Shown here: in pieces, positions 22,601-35,949 of the stretch
Position numbering within the stretch: position 1 is the stretch's first letter
Layout of the letters: each line of letters starts with the position of its first letter
Origin: Octopus sinensis
Lineage: Eukaryota
DNA length: 64,000 bases
Direction: 5' to 3'
NCBI RefSeq assembly: GCF_006345805.1
Contig: NC_043026.1
Coordinates: 7,998,001-8,062,000, forward strand
The notes under the pieces: model-generated
Database searches by the model: none
What the model saw: the letters and a program-made list of their open reading frames with translations, nothing else
What the model was told of the DNA's origin: nothing
Program-made: the position numbers and the translations under genes

Positions 22601-24830
22601 CACTTCTCACTGTATTTGATAGGTTTCCGATGACCCTTAATTGTTTCTGTAGGGGTAATGTGACCCCTATATGATCAGAACCCCATCGACATATATCTGT
22701 GGCTGTAGACGGCAGAGATAATCTGGACACAATGTCTCCTTCCTCAGAAATGTACAACAAGCAATCATGGTTGATGTCGAACACCACCAACTGTCCATTG
22801 GACAGATTACATATTTCGCCAATGACAAGTTTTTGGTCATTCTCCTTTTCTTTGAGTCGTAGATTTAGATTTCTGATATAAGGATTTTTAATGGGTAAAA
22901 GGCAGCCAGACGACCGGTCTTGATACTTGTAAAGAAGAACCCTGTTGAGTTGAGTGTCCGGGACATAAAGAGTTCCTTGGAAAACAGCAATGTGAGGGTG
23001 AACAGGGAAAGGCAGTTCCCACTGCCATTTCATTTGTCCATATAGATCGTAACATCTGAGAATACAGTGTCTTCTGAAGAGGACATAGAAATAAACATTA
23101 TCAGAGTAGATGTGATGAGGGTGGCCATAGAATGGAAGGTATTTTTGAAAAAGTTCTTCACCACATGTGGAATAAAATACCATTTTATTTTCGTTTCCAT
23201 CTATGACTACAAAATTAATTGGAGTTGCAGCAATGCTGACATTATGATGTCCCAGAGAAATTCTTTCTGCAATGTCAACTTTATCTTCGTGGATCAAGAG
23301 GATATGGACCTCGCTTTTGTTTCCACTTGTGGTTAGAGCTAAACACTTATTTGATACAACATGACATAGTGTAATGTAATCAGTATGGACTTTCATTAAA
23401 GGGCCTTTTCTTAGTTCAGGACAGGTGATATACTGAAATCCTTTCATTTCACGATAAAATACCAGGAATCTGTTTGCGTTTATTCTACAACAGAAAGAAG
23501 GAAGCTCAAGGAAAACTGAATTATTTTGGTTAATTATTTCCCCATTATCAGTGAATAATTTAGCTTTCTTGTTTTTGTAAATTATTAATATAGAAGATGT
23601 AGACATAGGTAGAATATTTGTAATGTTGTAGCAATCCTCAATATCAATATAGTCTTTTAAACTGGGGGTATGTAGCTGGTGGTTGTATGACAGTTTGGGC
23701 CAAAAGTCTTTATTCATTTGAATACCATGTGGTCTGCCGCAATAATCTGTTACCAAAATGGTATCTTTACCAACAGAAATAGAGCGGCATTTCTTGCCAA
23801 TGTCCCTCCTTGTTACACCACCTTTAGCTGAAATCCTATAAATTATTTGTCCCTGGAGGACATAGAAATAATTTTGGTACAGAGAGATTTTACTAGGGAG
23901 ATGCAGAGAATGGGTCTCTACCTCCCATAACTGTTGGCCATCCAGTTTAAAACAGATTACTCTTTTAATACTGGGAAATGATATTAAAAGAATATTCTGG
24001 ACCCCTACAGCAATATCTGTAGGGGTTTCTTTGGTAATAAATTGATAGTTAATAGTGTTATCCTCCCAATCAAATTGGTAAACTGTTTTACCAAACATTT
24101 CTACACCTATTAGTGTAGAATCTTCCAAGTAACTCACCATATATAACCCCAACTTTATCCTTTTGATCTTAAAGGTTTTGGGGCTGATAATAAGAATCAT
24201 TTCTTGGAAGGGGAGGGTTGCCAGAACCATGTCTTCACTGATTCTGGTGAAATTGGTGACAGAAGATGGACAATGGACATCAATTCTGTCACCATTTCTT
24301 GACAAACAACATATTGTCATAAAATGGTGGGAATATGTTACCATTCCCTCACGTATGACAATGACATTGGATATTATGCTTTTCTCCAATTCTTCTCCAG
24401 ATTCCTCGATCTTTGCTTCTCTTGTCACAACCGGGCAAAGAGGCCGGAATTTTGTGGGTAATTTTGATGGCTCAATGGTTTTGTGTTTGTCTTGTAAATT
24501 ATTTCTCTGTAAATAGTGTTCCAGGAACAATTCTAGTTTTCCAGAAATTATTAATTCTTGATTGTAAACATTTTCTTTTTGTAAAGTAATTGTATCCATT
24601 CCTATATTTTTAAAAAAAGTACATTCTTCTTCCTGAGAATTTATCAACAAATTAATTTTGTCCTCATAGGCATTGAATCTTGTATAAGATATGTGTTTGT
24701 CCAAAACATCTTGTTTTCTAATTATTTCCCAGTTTTTAGGGTCTCCTTTATTGTCACCTCCTTCTTCATCCCATTTTGGTGTCGAGCCCCTTAAAGCTCT
24801 TTTCTGAGTATTTTCAGTCTGGTCTTCCAT
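19682..24830 (-). CDS. Uncharacterised ~1716-aa multi-beta-propeller (NHL/WD-like) protein in one exon; apparent 1-nt deletions near 21660 and 19990
   Basis: ORFs of 1075, 542 and 115 aa overlap and join into one frame if 2 nt are added (5149+2=5151 nt). Repeated blade motifs include PTDIAV, ATDICRW, PLDICRW, KIFTLDG and KIFDEDG. A splice acceptor (TTTCCTTATATTTCTTTACAG) ends at 24838, and AATAAA overlaps the stop codon (19681-19686). Confidence 0.85.
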
Positions 24831-26934
24831 AGTGAATCTGTAAAGAAATATAAGGAAAACATTTAGCTTTGTGAAAATATTAAAGTTTCAGGGAGATGAT
24901 GTTTGCTTCATCATTTGAAAAACACAAACAAAACATTTATGTATTTCTGTCAGTGAATTAATCTTGTCTAATTAATATTTAAACAACTAATTACAATCTA
25001 TTCTAAGATGTATTAATAAGTTTTATTAATTACATGGAGTCTAAATATTAGAAATAATTATTTTCACTGGAAATGATATTTGCTCTCAACATCACAAAGA
25101 AATAGTCATGTGTGGCTTAGATTTATTAAACGATAGTTAGTCAAAGAGATTCCCCTGCTCCAAAAGCACTCAATAACGAGACACTCTAAGCTGTAGAGAA
25201 AATTAACTTTAATTGGTGTACATGCTATATTATGTCCCAACACACAGCAATCATGTTCAAACTTCGTTAACATGGAACAATTAGCAAAAGATAGACTTTA
25301 TTAGGTTTCATAGACATTTGTCAGATACAAGTATTACTAATGATGGGACAGTCATCGTTGGCTTGGTTTCCATCATATTTACCTGGATTAACAGATACGA
25401 ATAAAGCTGGAGATGAAACTGTTCTTAACCTGACAAATGCTGTAAATCTCTCAACATTTCAATATAATCCACACAATTATCATACACAACATTGATTAAA
25501 CTGGGAAAGCTTATCCAAAGATAGGCTTTCATATAATCACACTGATAGACAGCATGTTGAGAGGATCGTTATTATTTGTTGCTGATTGAGATCATAAAGA
25601 TTGGTTAATGAATAAGCCCAATTAATGAAAGGTAGGTTCATCTTAATTATCTTTATATAAGGGACAATGTTGGGTAGCAATGAGAAAGATGTGTTTGTAT
25701 GAAAAAGGGGTTTGACAGGTGAAGTGTGTTTTGTTTTGTGTCAGGTGAGGAGTTATAACTTGGTGTAGTTTATTATGAAGTATTGGGGGTTTTATGAGGT
25801 GGATTAGGAAATATTGGTGGGGGTGTTTAATGACATTGTGGTATCCCATCATCATCAGAATGATCCTCCACCGCCTCCTTGGTCTATGAAATAATGACTG
25901 TTAATCTGTTGACCCCAGGGGGAATGAAAAGTAAAAGAGACCTTCTTCAGGATGTCAGCTCTTTGAATAAACATGGACTAAACAACAACATATTTTGGAG
26001 AAAAGCTGGATAAGGCTATGTTGTTGTTATTGCTGTTGTTGACAACAAAGTTTATAAAGAGAAAAGCAGATAATTGCCAATATTTCTATTGTAAAATTAA
26101 ATTGGAATTAATGTTTATGTTTCATTTGTGCCATTCTACTTGGTTTATTTTGGGGAAGAAAAACCTACAAAACCCCTCATAATAATTAGACTTTAATCTA
26201 ATCGTAGATGTATTTATATACACATGCATACATATATATGAATGAATGTGTATAATATATACACAAGGATGCACATATGTATATTTATACATCCATACGT
26301 CTGTATGTATGTATGATGATCATCATTTTACCCCCACTTTCCATGTTGGATGGTTCAAAGAATATCTTGCCTGAAGTTACATTTTCTGGTTATCTTTCCA
26401 CAGCTGGATGCTCTTCCTGACACCAACCACTGCACAATGTGCACTGGGTGCATCTTATGGCACCATCACTAGAGACGATCACCATGTCCTTGACAAAACT
26501 AAAGGGTCCCCTCAATCTCTGGGTGTGACATATACCTTGGGATGGGTGAGAGATCTAGGGTAATAAATATATGAAAAGGAGTGGCTGAGTGTTGGGGAGA
26601 GACTCAGGTAGGTCCAGTAACATCCCCAGTTTCATTGGAAGAATGGTGAAGAGAAGAGATTTACTGCAAATCTTTGTCACAGCAGTAAGATAGAGTAAAA
26701 AGAAGAAGAGAGAGTGATTGAGAGATGAAAGATAGAGGTGGGGGTGATAGGGGCATGGCAGTAGGGACTCAAGGTCCGAGAGTTGACACTCATCAAACTG
26801 GGTTTTGGAGGTCTGGGAATACACCTCCAAAGAACCAGTTTGATAAATGCTAATAAACGAAAATTTCGGATCTTGGGTCAGTTTGTTACTTCTGCTAAAT
26901 ATTTATATATATATATATATATATAAATCAAAAT

Positions 26935-27222
26935 CAAAATCCAAGTCGATCAACATCAATGGAAATTGTAGCTGTGATACCAGTGCCGGTGGCACATAAA
27001 AAGCACCATCTGATTGTGCAGCCTCGTCTGGCACCTGTGTCGGTGGCATGTAAAAAGCACCCACTACACTCACGGAGTGGTTGGCGTTAGGAAGGGCATC
27101 CAGCCGTAGAAACTTTGCCAGATCAGACTGGGCCTGGTGCAGCCTTCTGGCTTCCCAGACCCCAGTTGAACTGTCCAACCCATGCTAGCATGGAAAGCGG
27201 ACGCTAAATGATGATGATGATA
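26935..27222 (+). mobile_element. SINE-like family C, (GAT)n tail
   Basis: GGAGTGGTTGGCGTTAGGAAGGGCATCCAGC...CCAACCCATGCTAGCATGGAAAGCGGACG..ATGATGATG; multiple copies in the window. Confidence 0.85.
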
Positions 27223-28139
27223 TATATATACATATATATACCTTCACATACCCATGTATAAATATTTGTGTCCATGTATGTTTATAGCTATGAATCAATG
27301 AATGACAAAAGAACAAGAGTTACGTAGACACCTTCATTAGCTTCCAGCTGTTTCTGCTACAGGAAGCAGTGAACTCGAGCTGAGTGTGTGTGCGCGTAGG
27401 TGTCTGTGCATTTGTTTATGTTTGCAATCTCTTTTAAGTTGCTCCAGGCAGAAACATCTGTCAACCAATCACCCCCACCTTGGAAGACATGGGAAATAAG
27501 AACTTTTGTTCTTGCAAAATGGTTTTGGGTGAGCAATAGGAAGGCTGTCTGTCTGTAAAACAAGGCTACAATAATATATTCATCTAACCCATGCTAGCAT
27601 ACAAAGTCAGATGTGCAATCAAACATAAGTAAACCCATGTTTATTCATTCATATACTCTTATGCATGCATAAACACACACACACACGTGTATGTGTGCAT
27701 CTGGTGTTAAGAAGATCATCCAGCTGTAGAAATCTTGCCAAATCTTTCATTGGAGCTCAGCAATGTCCTCTGGTTCACTGCTTCCTCGTCAACTGTCCTA
27801 CCCATGCCAGTTAGGGAAAATGGATGTCAAAACCTTTATAATACATCAGGTGGTGTATTTTCTTTTCTGTATTTTCCTTCTAATAATTTTGTTTTGTTTC
27901 TTGCCAGGTTCTTGTGAGTGCCACTCAGTCAAGTCTATGACTATACTCGATGAGGGTCACCAATCTTCAGCTGGTTTCAAGCAAGAGAATATTTCCCCAA
28001 GTTCTTCCAACATGAACAGCACAATGGTTGGATATGTTTTCTGGTGGAACACTGCAAACAAACGACTCTGTTTGTGTGACGTGACATTTGTTTATAATTC
28101 GCAGCAGATGTCAAAACAAGGAGACATGAGCAGACATAT

Positions 28140-28182
<43 letters not shown>

Positions 28183-28669
28183 CATACACATACATGTACA
28201 AATGTAGATATGCATACATGAATATACACACACATGTATATACCATAGGCTTTATCAGTTCCATGTATGAAACCCATTCACAAGGCTTGAGTCGACCTGG
28301 AACATTAGAAGAAGTTAATTCTTTAAGGTGCTGCAAAGTGGGACTGAACCTGAGACCACAAGGTTCTGAAGTGAATTTCTTAACCATACAGCCATGCCCC
28401 CAAATTTTTTTGGTAATATTTTGAAGATAATAATAATCCTTTCTACTATAGGCATAAGGCCTGAAATTTTGGGTGTGGGGGGTTAACTGATTATGTCACC
28501 CCCCAGCCCCTAACTGGTTCTTATTTTATCAATCCCAAAAGGACGAGGGGCAAAATCAACCTTGGTGGAATTTGAACTCAAAATGTAAACTTGGAAGAAA
28601 TGATGCAAAGTATTTTGTCTGGCATTTTGTAACAATTCTGCTTGTTCATCACATTAATAATAATAATAA

Positions 28670-29056
28670 TATTAATAATATAATAATAATAATAATAATA
28701 AGAAGAAGAAGAAGAAGAAGAGAAGAATATCAATAACTATAACAATAACAACATCAATAATAATAATATTAGCAGCAGCAGCAAAAACAACAACAACAAC
28801 AGCAATGATTTCTTTTATTTTTTTTTTATATAATAAAAATGATTTCAAGTTTTGGCACAAGGCCAGCAAGTTCAAGGAAGGGTCCAGTCTATTACACTGA
28901 CCCCAGTACTCAACTAGTACTTAATTCATCGATCCCAAAAGGATGAGAGGCTAAGTCAACCTTGGTGGAATTTGAACTCAGAATGTAAAGATGGACAAAA
29001 TGCCGCTCAACATTTTGCTTTGCATCCTCACAATTCTGCCAGCTCGTCACAGTAAT

Positions 29057-29100
<44 letters not shown>

Positions 29101-29515
29101 GAAGAAGAAGAAGAAGAAGAAGAATATCGATAACTATAACAATAACAACATCAATAATAATAATATTAGCAGCAGCAGCAAAAACAACAACAACAACAGC
29201 AATGATTTCTTTTATGTTTTTTTTAATATAATAAAAATGATTTCAAGTTTTGGCACAAGGCCAGCAAGTTCAAGGAAGGGTCCAGTCTATTACACTGACC
29301 CCAGTACTCAACTAGTACTTAATTTATCGATCCGAAAAGGATGAGAGGCTAAGTCAACCTTGGTGGAATTTGAACTCAGAATGTAAAGATGGACAAAATG
29401 CCGCTCAACATTTTGCTTTGCATCCTCACAATTCTGCCAGCTCGTCACAGTAATTATAATAATAATAATATAATAATAATAATAATAATAATATAAGAAG
29501 AAGAAGAAGAAGAAT
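28670..29515. repeat. Tandem duplication of a ~400-bp unit (microsatellites plus SINE B, minus strand)
   Basis: Units at ~28700-29099 and ~29100-29495 are nearly identical; a third unit starts at ~29496. Confidence 0.9.
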
Positions 29516-29519
29516 ACTT

Positions 29520-29678
29520 TCTTACTATAGGCACAAGGCCTGAAATTTGCAGTCAGGGGACTAGTAAATTACATCACCTCCAGTGCATAGCTGGAACTTA
29601 TTGAATCGACCCCAAAAGGATGAAAGGCAAAGTTGACCTTGGTGGAATTTGAACTCAGAATGTAGTAGCAGATGAGTC

Positions 29679-29714
<36 letters not shown>

Positions 29715-29920
29715 GCTTCAAATTTTAACAGAAGGCCAGCTTGTTCTGGAGAGCAGGTAAATTGATTACATCTACCCCAGAAGTCAAAAGGTACTTATTT
29801 TATTGACCCCGAAAGGATAAAGGTTGATGCCGACAAAATTTGAACTCAGAACGTAAAGGCAAACAAATAGCTGCCGAGCATTTTGCCCAGCATGCTAACG
29901 ATTCTGCCAGGTCACCACCC
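29520..29920 (-). mobile_element. Two SINE family B copies
   Basis: GGAATTTGAACTCAGAA, GACCCCAAAAGGATGAAAGGCAAAG and GCATGCTAACGATTCTGCCAG motifs. Confidence 0.7.
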
Positions 29921-30036
29921 AAATAATAGTAATAGTAATTAATAATAATAATGGTAATAGTAATTAATAATAATGATAACAACCCTTCCTTTCCTATTTT
30001 ATATCCTTCATATGTCCTTCTCTTCTTTTACTTTCT

Positions 30037-30070
<34 letters not shown>

Positions 30071-30702
30071 ATTCCCTCTCTCCTTTTCAATATCAACTTC
30101 AACATTTTATTTCCCTTTTACATAAACATGTATATATTATGTGTGTGTGTGTATTTATATAGTGTACGTGTATATATGTATATATATATATTCTTTTATT
30201 CTTGTACTTGTTTCAGTCATTTCACTGTGGCCATGCTGGAGCACTGCCTTTAGTCAAACAAATTGACCCTGGGACCTATTCTTTGTAAGCCTAGTACTTA
30301 TTTTATTGGTGTCTTTTGCTGAACTTTTAAGATACAGGGATGTAAACACACCAAAATCGGTTGTCAAGCAATGTTAGTGGGACAAAAATAAAGACACAAT
30401 TACGTACCTATTTCATTTCTTAGCTTATATTTCTGTAAAATTGATTTACAAACTTTGAATTTTCCATGCAAAATAAAATCTAAAACCTTTTGTCATTAAA
30501 TATAATTTACATTTTCTTTCTTTAGAATTCATCAAATATTTTTGAAATTGTTCAAAAAAATATAAACTTTCTCTTCTTGTAAAAGTATTTGAAATCCTGG
30601 ACACATTTTTTATAGTTTATAAAATGGTAGGAGGAAATTAGCACAAACGTGAAGAGTGTGTGTATATATGTATGTATACAAGTGTGTATCTCTCTCTCTC
30701 TC

Positions 30703-30732
<30 letters not shown>

Positions 30733-30737
<5 letters not shown>

Positions 30738-31771
30738 TATTATAAAAGGCAGATTTTATCTGCCTCCCTTTGGGAGTTATACAAATCTACAATATAGGAT
30801 TTCTTCAATTACAATTTACCTAGCAGTTTTAAGAGTACAATGCATCGCGTCATGCCAGGTCCAGTTTTTAAAATTTAAACTCCAATTAAGCAAAATTTAC
30901 AGAAAACTCACATTCTGGTGTGTGTGTCAAATGCTTTTCTTAGTTTGGTTTACACCACACGCAAACGCACACACACACAAAGGGAGCGAATTGTTTCACT
31001 GACGCTATCACCCTTCTCCTCCTTTGTCTTTGCAAGTTGGCAGCTATTAAAGTGAAAACAGTGAATCCGACAGCGATTAAGAACACGAATTAGCACCTGA
31101 ATGGAGTGAAAATTTAAAAACTGTTTCTTTCGGTGATTTTTCTGAAGAAACTGCACCAAGCCACAGACTTTCCCAGAAGAGTAAAGCCTTACACTATTTC
31201 TATTTACTTTTTCGAATGAGCCTATTTGAAATCATTACGGCAGAAACGAACTGTTACGCTAAACGTAAACAAAACGAAAGAAACGATAGTTTGTTATTTC
31301 CCACAACCTTAAATGAAATTAAGGCCTATTTTGCCATAAATATTATTATGGGTATCAGAAAGTTACCCAGAATAACAAATTCTATCGTAAAATTTTGTTG
31401 TATACCCAATTGAATATTAGCTAATAACCATTTTCTATAGCGATGTCTGAACAAAATTTTAATAATTTTACAGAAAGTTACCCAGAATAACAAACGAGCC
31501 CTTCTGGGTATTAGCGCGCGTCTACGATGAGTCTACGATTTAAAAAAAAATTACGATCATATTTTTCCATTTTAATGCATTTTTTTCGCTTTTATATAAG
31601 GAAGTAACTCTCTAAAAATATCTACGATGTGTCAACGATTTAAAGAAAAGTTTACCTTAATTTTTTTTCAATTTTTAATGCATTTTTTTGCTATTTTTTG
31701 GCTATAACTCTAAAAATGCTTATATAGTTATTTCCCTTACAAACCCGAGCAACGCCGGGCGATACTGCTAG
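30733..31771 (+). mobile_element. Non-autonomous Helitron, copy 1
   Basis: 5' TC start after (TA)n; 3' hairpin CCCGAGCAACGCCGGG (31744-31759), 8 nt before a terminal CTAG. Confidence 0.85.
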
Positions 31772-32810
31772 TCTTATTATAAAAGGCAGATTTTATCTGC
31801 CTCCGTTTGGGAGTTATACAAATCTACAATATAGGATTTCTTCAATTACAATTTACCTAGCAGTTTTAAGAGTACAATGCATCGCGTCATGCCAGGTCCA
31901 GTTTTTAAAATTTAAACTCCAATTAAGCAAAATTTACAGAAAACTCACATTCTGGTGTGTGTGTCAAATGCTTTTCTTAGTCTGGTTTACACCACACGCA
32001 AACGCACACACACACAAAGGGAGCGAATTGTTTCACTCACGCTATCACCCTTCTCCTCCTTTGTCTTTGCAAGTTGGCAGCTATTAAAGTGAAAACAGTG
32101 AATCCGACAGCGATAAAGAAAACGAATTGGTACCTGAATGGAGTGAAAATTTAAAAACTGTTTCTTTCGGTGAGTTTTCTGAAGAAACTGCACCAAGCCA
32201 CAGACTTTCCCAGAAGAGTAAAGCCTTACACTATTTCTATTTACTTTTTCGAATGAGCCTATTTGAAATCATTACGGCAGAAACGAACTGTTACGCTAAA
32301 CGTAAACAAAACGAAAGAAAGGATAGTTTGTTATTTCCCACAACCTTAAATGAAATTAAGGCCTATTTTGCCATAAATATTATTATGGGTATCAGAAAGT
32401 TACCCAGAATAACAAATTCTATCGTAAAATTTTGTTGTATACCCAATTGAATATTAGCTAATAACCCATTTTCTATAGCGATGTTTGAACAAAATTTTAA
32501 TAATTTTACAGAAAGTTACCCAGAATAACAAACGAGCCCTTCTGGGTATTAGCGCGCGTCTACGATGAGTCTACGATTTAAAAAAAAATTACCATCATAT
32601 TTTTCCATTTTAATGCATTTTTTTCGCTTTTATATAAGGGAAGTAACTCTCTAAAAATATCTACGATGTGTCAACGATTTAAAGAAAAATTTACCTTAAT
32701 TTTTTTTCAATTTTTAATGCATTTTTTTGCTATTTTTTGGCTATAACTCTCTAAAATGCTTATATAGTTATTTCCCTTACAACCCGAGCAACGCCGGGCG
32801 ATACTGCTAG
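31772..32810 (+). mobile_element. Non-autonomous Helitron, copy 2 (head-to-tail with copy 1)
   Basis: Junction CTAG|TCTTATTATAAAAGG; same 3' hairpin (32783-32798), ending CTAG|T into (TA)n. Confidence 0.85.
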
Positions 32811-33229
32811 TATATATATATTCTTTCCATCATTTAATCATTAGTACTTGCTGTTTAATTAAAATATTAACTCCATTTCCTAATTTAGCTGATCCACAAA
32901 TAGATTCGGTTAAAATATTTACCGGACTTAAAAAGAAATACCGATGCTAATACAATCAGTTAAATACATCAAGGCAATGCTCCAGCATGGCCGTGGTTCA
33001 ATAACTAAAGGAGTAAAACACATCAGCCTCACATTACATACATAACTGGAAATCTTTCTACCACCACGACCACCACCATTTAGTCTGTTAACCTATCTCT
33101 ATAAATGACACACCCTCTCTTCAATTATTATTCATGTCTTTCTCATCCACAAATCTACACTTTAAAAAAAACACCCATCACTATTCTATTTCTCAACCAA
33201 GCTGATAATTCCACAGAAATCTCCAAGAA

Positions 33230-34357
33230 TATTTCTAAATTTACCAAATTATAACATAGATTATTCCTTCAAATACAATATTTAAATGTAATTTATAAAA
33301 ATATATCAAAACTGCCTGAAAATAAAACAAATTCCAATATAAAAGTTTATGCTTCAAATAGTTCTAATGAAGCTTTAACGAAGTGTATTGGTAAATTGCG
33401 TATTAAATAAAATAATTACCTGGATTACTTGTGTTGAGGTGTTTATTCTAGCCTGAAGACTGTCTCTCTCTCAGAAATATTTTGCAAGAGTGGCAATGGT
33501 TTGGCTAGTGTACTGCACTTAAAGCTATATTTATAATCTACCAGGAAGAAGTTTCTAGACACTTGGTGGGTGTTACCTTGTCAAACCATGTCGAAGCTGA
33601 TCATCTAGAGCACCTGACAGTTTACGAGTACCACTACCACCAGAAAATATTTCATCTGAAGAGTCAACAAGTAGCAGAAGCCAAGAAATGGCAGAAGCTT
33701 TCGTACCATGAACGACTTCAGAGCCTCACTTTCCAAATCAGAGTGAGCTAGATGATTTAATCAGGGATCTGGGTCTTACTAAGTCAGGAGTTGAACTTGT
33801 TTCATCAAGGTTGAAGGAATGGAATCTACTGGGGGAAGACTGCAAGACATCTGTGAACTGGAAATGCCATGAAGTGGGGATCATGGTGAGAGATTTCATC
33901 AGGACGTTGCAACTATGGAAAGAAGATACCAAGGACGATGGGATACTGCTATGATGGGAGATTATATATGGTCTCTAGTCAGAAGAGATGAAGGTATACA
34001 CTCTAGAAAATCTCGATCGTCAAAGCACTTCTCATCTTAAGAAAGAGTTATCAAGGCATTTACAGTGCAGAGTTTTATTGTTTCTTTTTGTTGTAACTAA
34101 TATTATACTTCCTAAATACTTTTCAATCAATGAAAAATTACTAAATGTTGTGTAATTATCCTTACAATACTAAAATAGATTGAACTAACAAAGTGCTGTA
34201 GAGAAAAGTTACAAATAAACGAGCAAATATGAAATTAGGAATAAATAAATAACTATCGATGTTAGGTAAAAATGAATGTGATTTTTGAATTTAGTGGCAA
34301 AAAATGCTTATATGAACATTAAAAAATACAAATAAACAAAAATGTGTTTACATTGTG
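33230..34357 (+). mobile_element. DNA transposon fossil, probably CMC/Chapaev3-like; partial second copy at 35160-35430
   Basis: Peptide EPHFPNQSELDDLIRDLGLTKSGVELVSSRLKEWNLLG; right end TTACATTGTG. A ~270-bp segment is repeated at 35160-35430. The family name is from memory. Confidence 0.5.
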
Positions 34358-35949
34358 TTAATAGAGTCGTTAGAACGTTGGACTTAGACACAAACTTAAT
34401 CAGGCTATAAATTTGTTTTTTACTTATTTTGCTTTCTTTCTTTTTATGGAAAAATCCGATCCTCAATATTGAAATTGTATACATATATAGCTACACACAC
34501 ACACTACCTTGTGGTATTTATACGAACTCTTTGTCTGCTGAGTTCAAATCCTGCGAGATTAATTTTGATTTTTTATTATGCAAGGGTCGATAATTAAAAT
34601 GCCAGTCTGAGGTGGTGGTCTGATGGATTTATATATTTGACAAGATGCCTTGTAGTATTTAATGTGGTTCTTTGTGATCTGAGATCAAATCCTTTTGTTG
34701 CCTCCCTGGGTTGCAGACTTAATCTATCACCTTTTTTGACACCATCACCTGGCCCTTGAGATGCTTTTTAGGAGAGGATTTCTGTTGTATGTTAGGTCTC
34801 TTGTTTTGAGAATGTCTATCTTCCATTTACCACTTTTGAAGACCCTGGAAATATAAAGGACCATCGGCAGGGCCCTTCTTCCTTGCTAAGCTTTTAAAAA
34901 ATTAAGTTTACAAAAAACTAATAATTTAACAGCCATAAAATTAATTTACAAATTTTAAATTTCACTTGAGAATTAGAAATCCACTGTAAACTACCTAAAA
35001 TTGTGTATCCTTAGATGAACATATCCATTCCTCTAATTTCCATTAAATAGTTTTGACATAGTCATAACCAAACTATACTTTATTTTATATTCTGGAAATG
35101 AAAATTTTTACTTGTAATGTAACAGTGTAAAATCTTTGAAAAGTTTCTAGACTTTAAAATACTGCCTGAAAATAAAACAAATTCCAATATAAAAGTTTAT
35201 GTTTGAAATAGTTCTAATGAAGCTTTAACGAAGTGTATTGGTAAATTGCGTATTAAATAAAATAATTACCTGGATTACTTGTGCTGAGGTGTTTATTCTA
35301 GCCTGAAGACCGTCTCTCTCAGAAATATCATGCAAAAGTGGCAATGGTTTGGCTAGTGTGCTGCACTTACAGCTATATTTATAATCTACCAGGAAGAAGT
35401 TTCTGGACACCTGGTGGGTGTTACCTTGTCATGGGTATGTATCTTGGTTTAAAAGTATGTCTGTTGTAGTGTATAGGTATGTGTGTGTATATGTTGGTGT
35501 GTTGTAGTATATGTTAGCCAGATTGCATCGACACGCCTATCTCAGATTACCACAGACTGTATAAATGACACCCTCTCCCCACCTCCCATCCAATCCTATA
35601 TTCTTTCTTTCTCTCTTTACATCCTCTCCAACATGGCCACCACCACCACCTCCCATGCATTTCCATTCAAGTGTTTCATGTTTCTGAACCAATCATATTC
35701 ACTTATTTTGCCTTCTTTCTTTATATGGAAAAATCCCATCCTCAACATTTAAATTTGTATACATGCTTATATAGCTACACACACACACCACCACACACAC
35801 ACACAATACATATATATACATATAAACATGTACCTACAAACACACCCATATACATACACACATACAGGCATACCTTTTCCAATGAGTTGTAGTGACCCTA
35901 ACATTGTATACAATAAGCCCATTATAGTTATTATTATTATTATAATTAA

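Noticed and set aside
22075-24516. Short plus-strand ORFs
   Set aside because: Antisense to the long propeller ORF, with no independent features.
27950-27990. GAAAC..CTGAAGA on the minus strand resembling a permuted hammerhead
   Set aside because: The required stems could not be formed.
27763-28221. 152-aa ORF and a strong plus-strand acceptor at ~27908
   Set aside because: The ORF starts in a SINE fragment and ends in (CA)n, no good donor or homology is visible, and joining it to the 12287 donor gives early stops.
31216-32450. PGBD-like ORFs as a domesticated host gene
   Set aside because: Short N-terminal fragments with no DDD core, lying inside Helitrons and matching a non-autonomous piggyBac.
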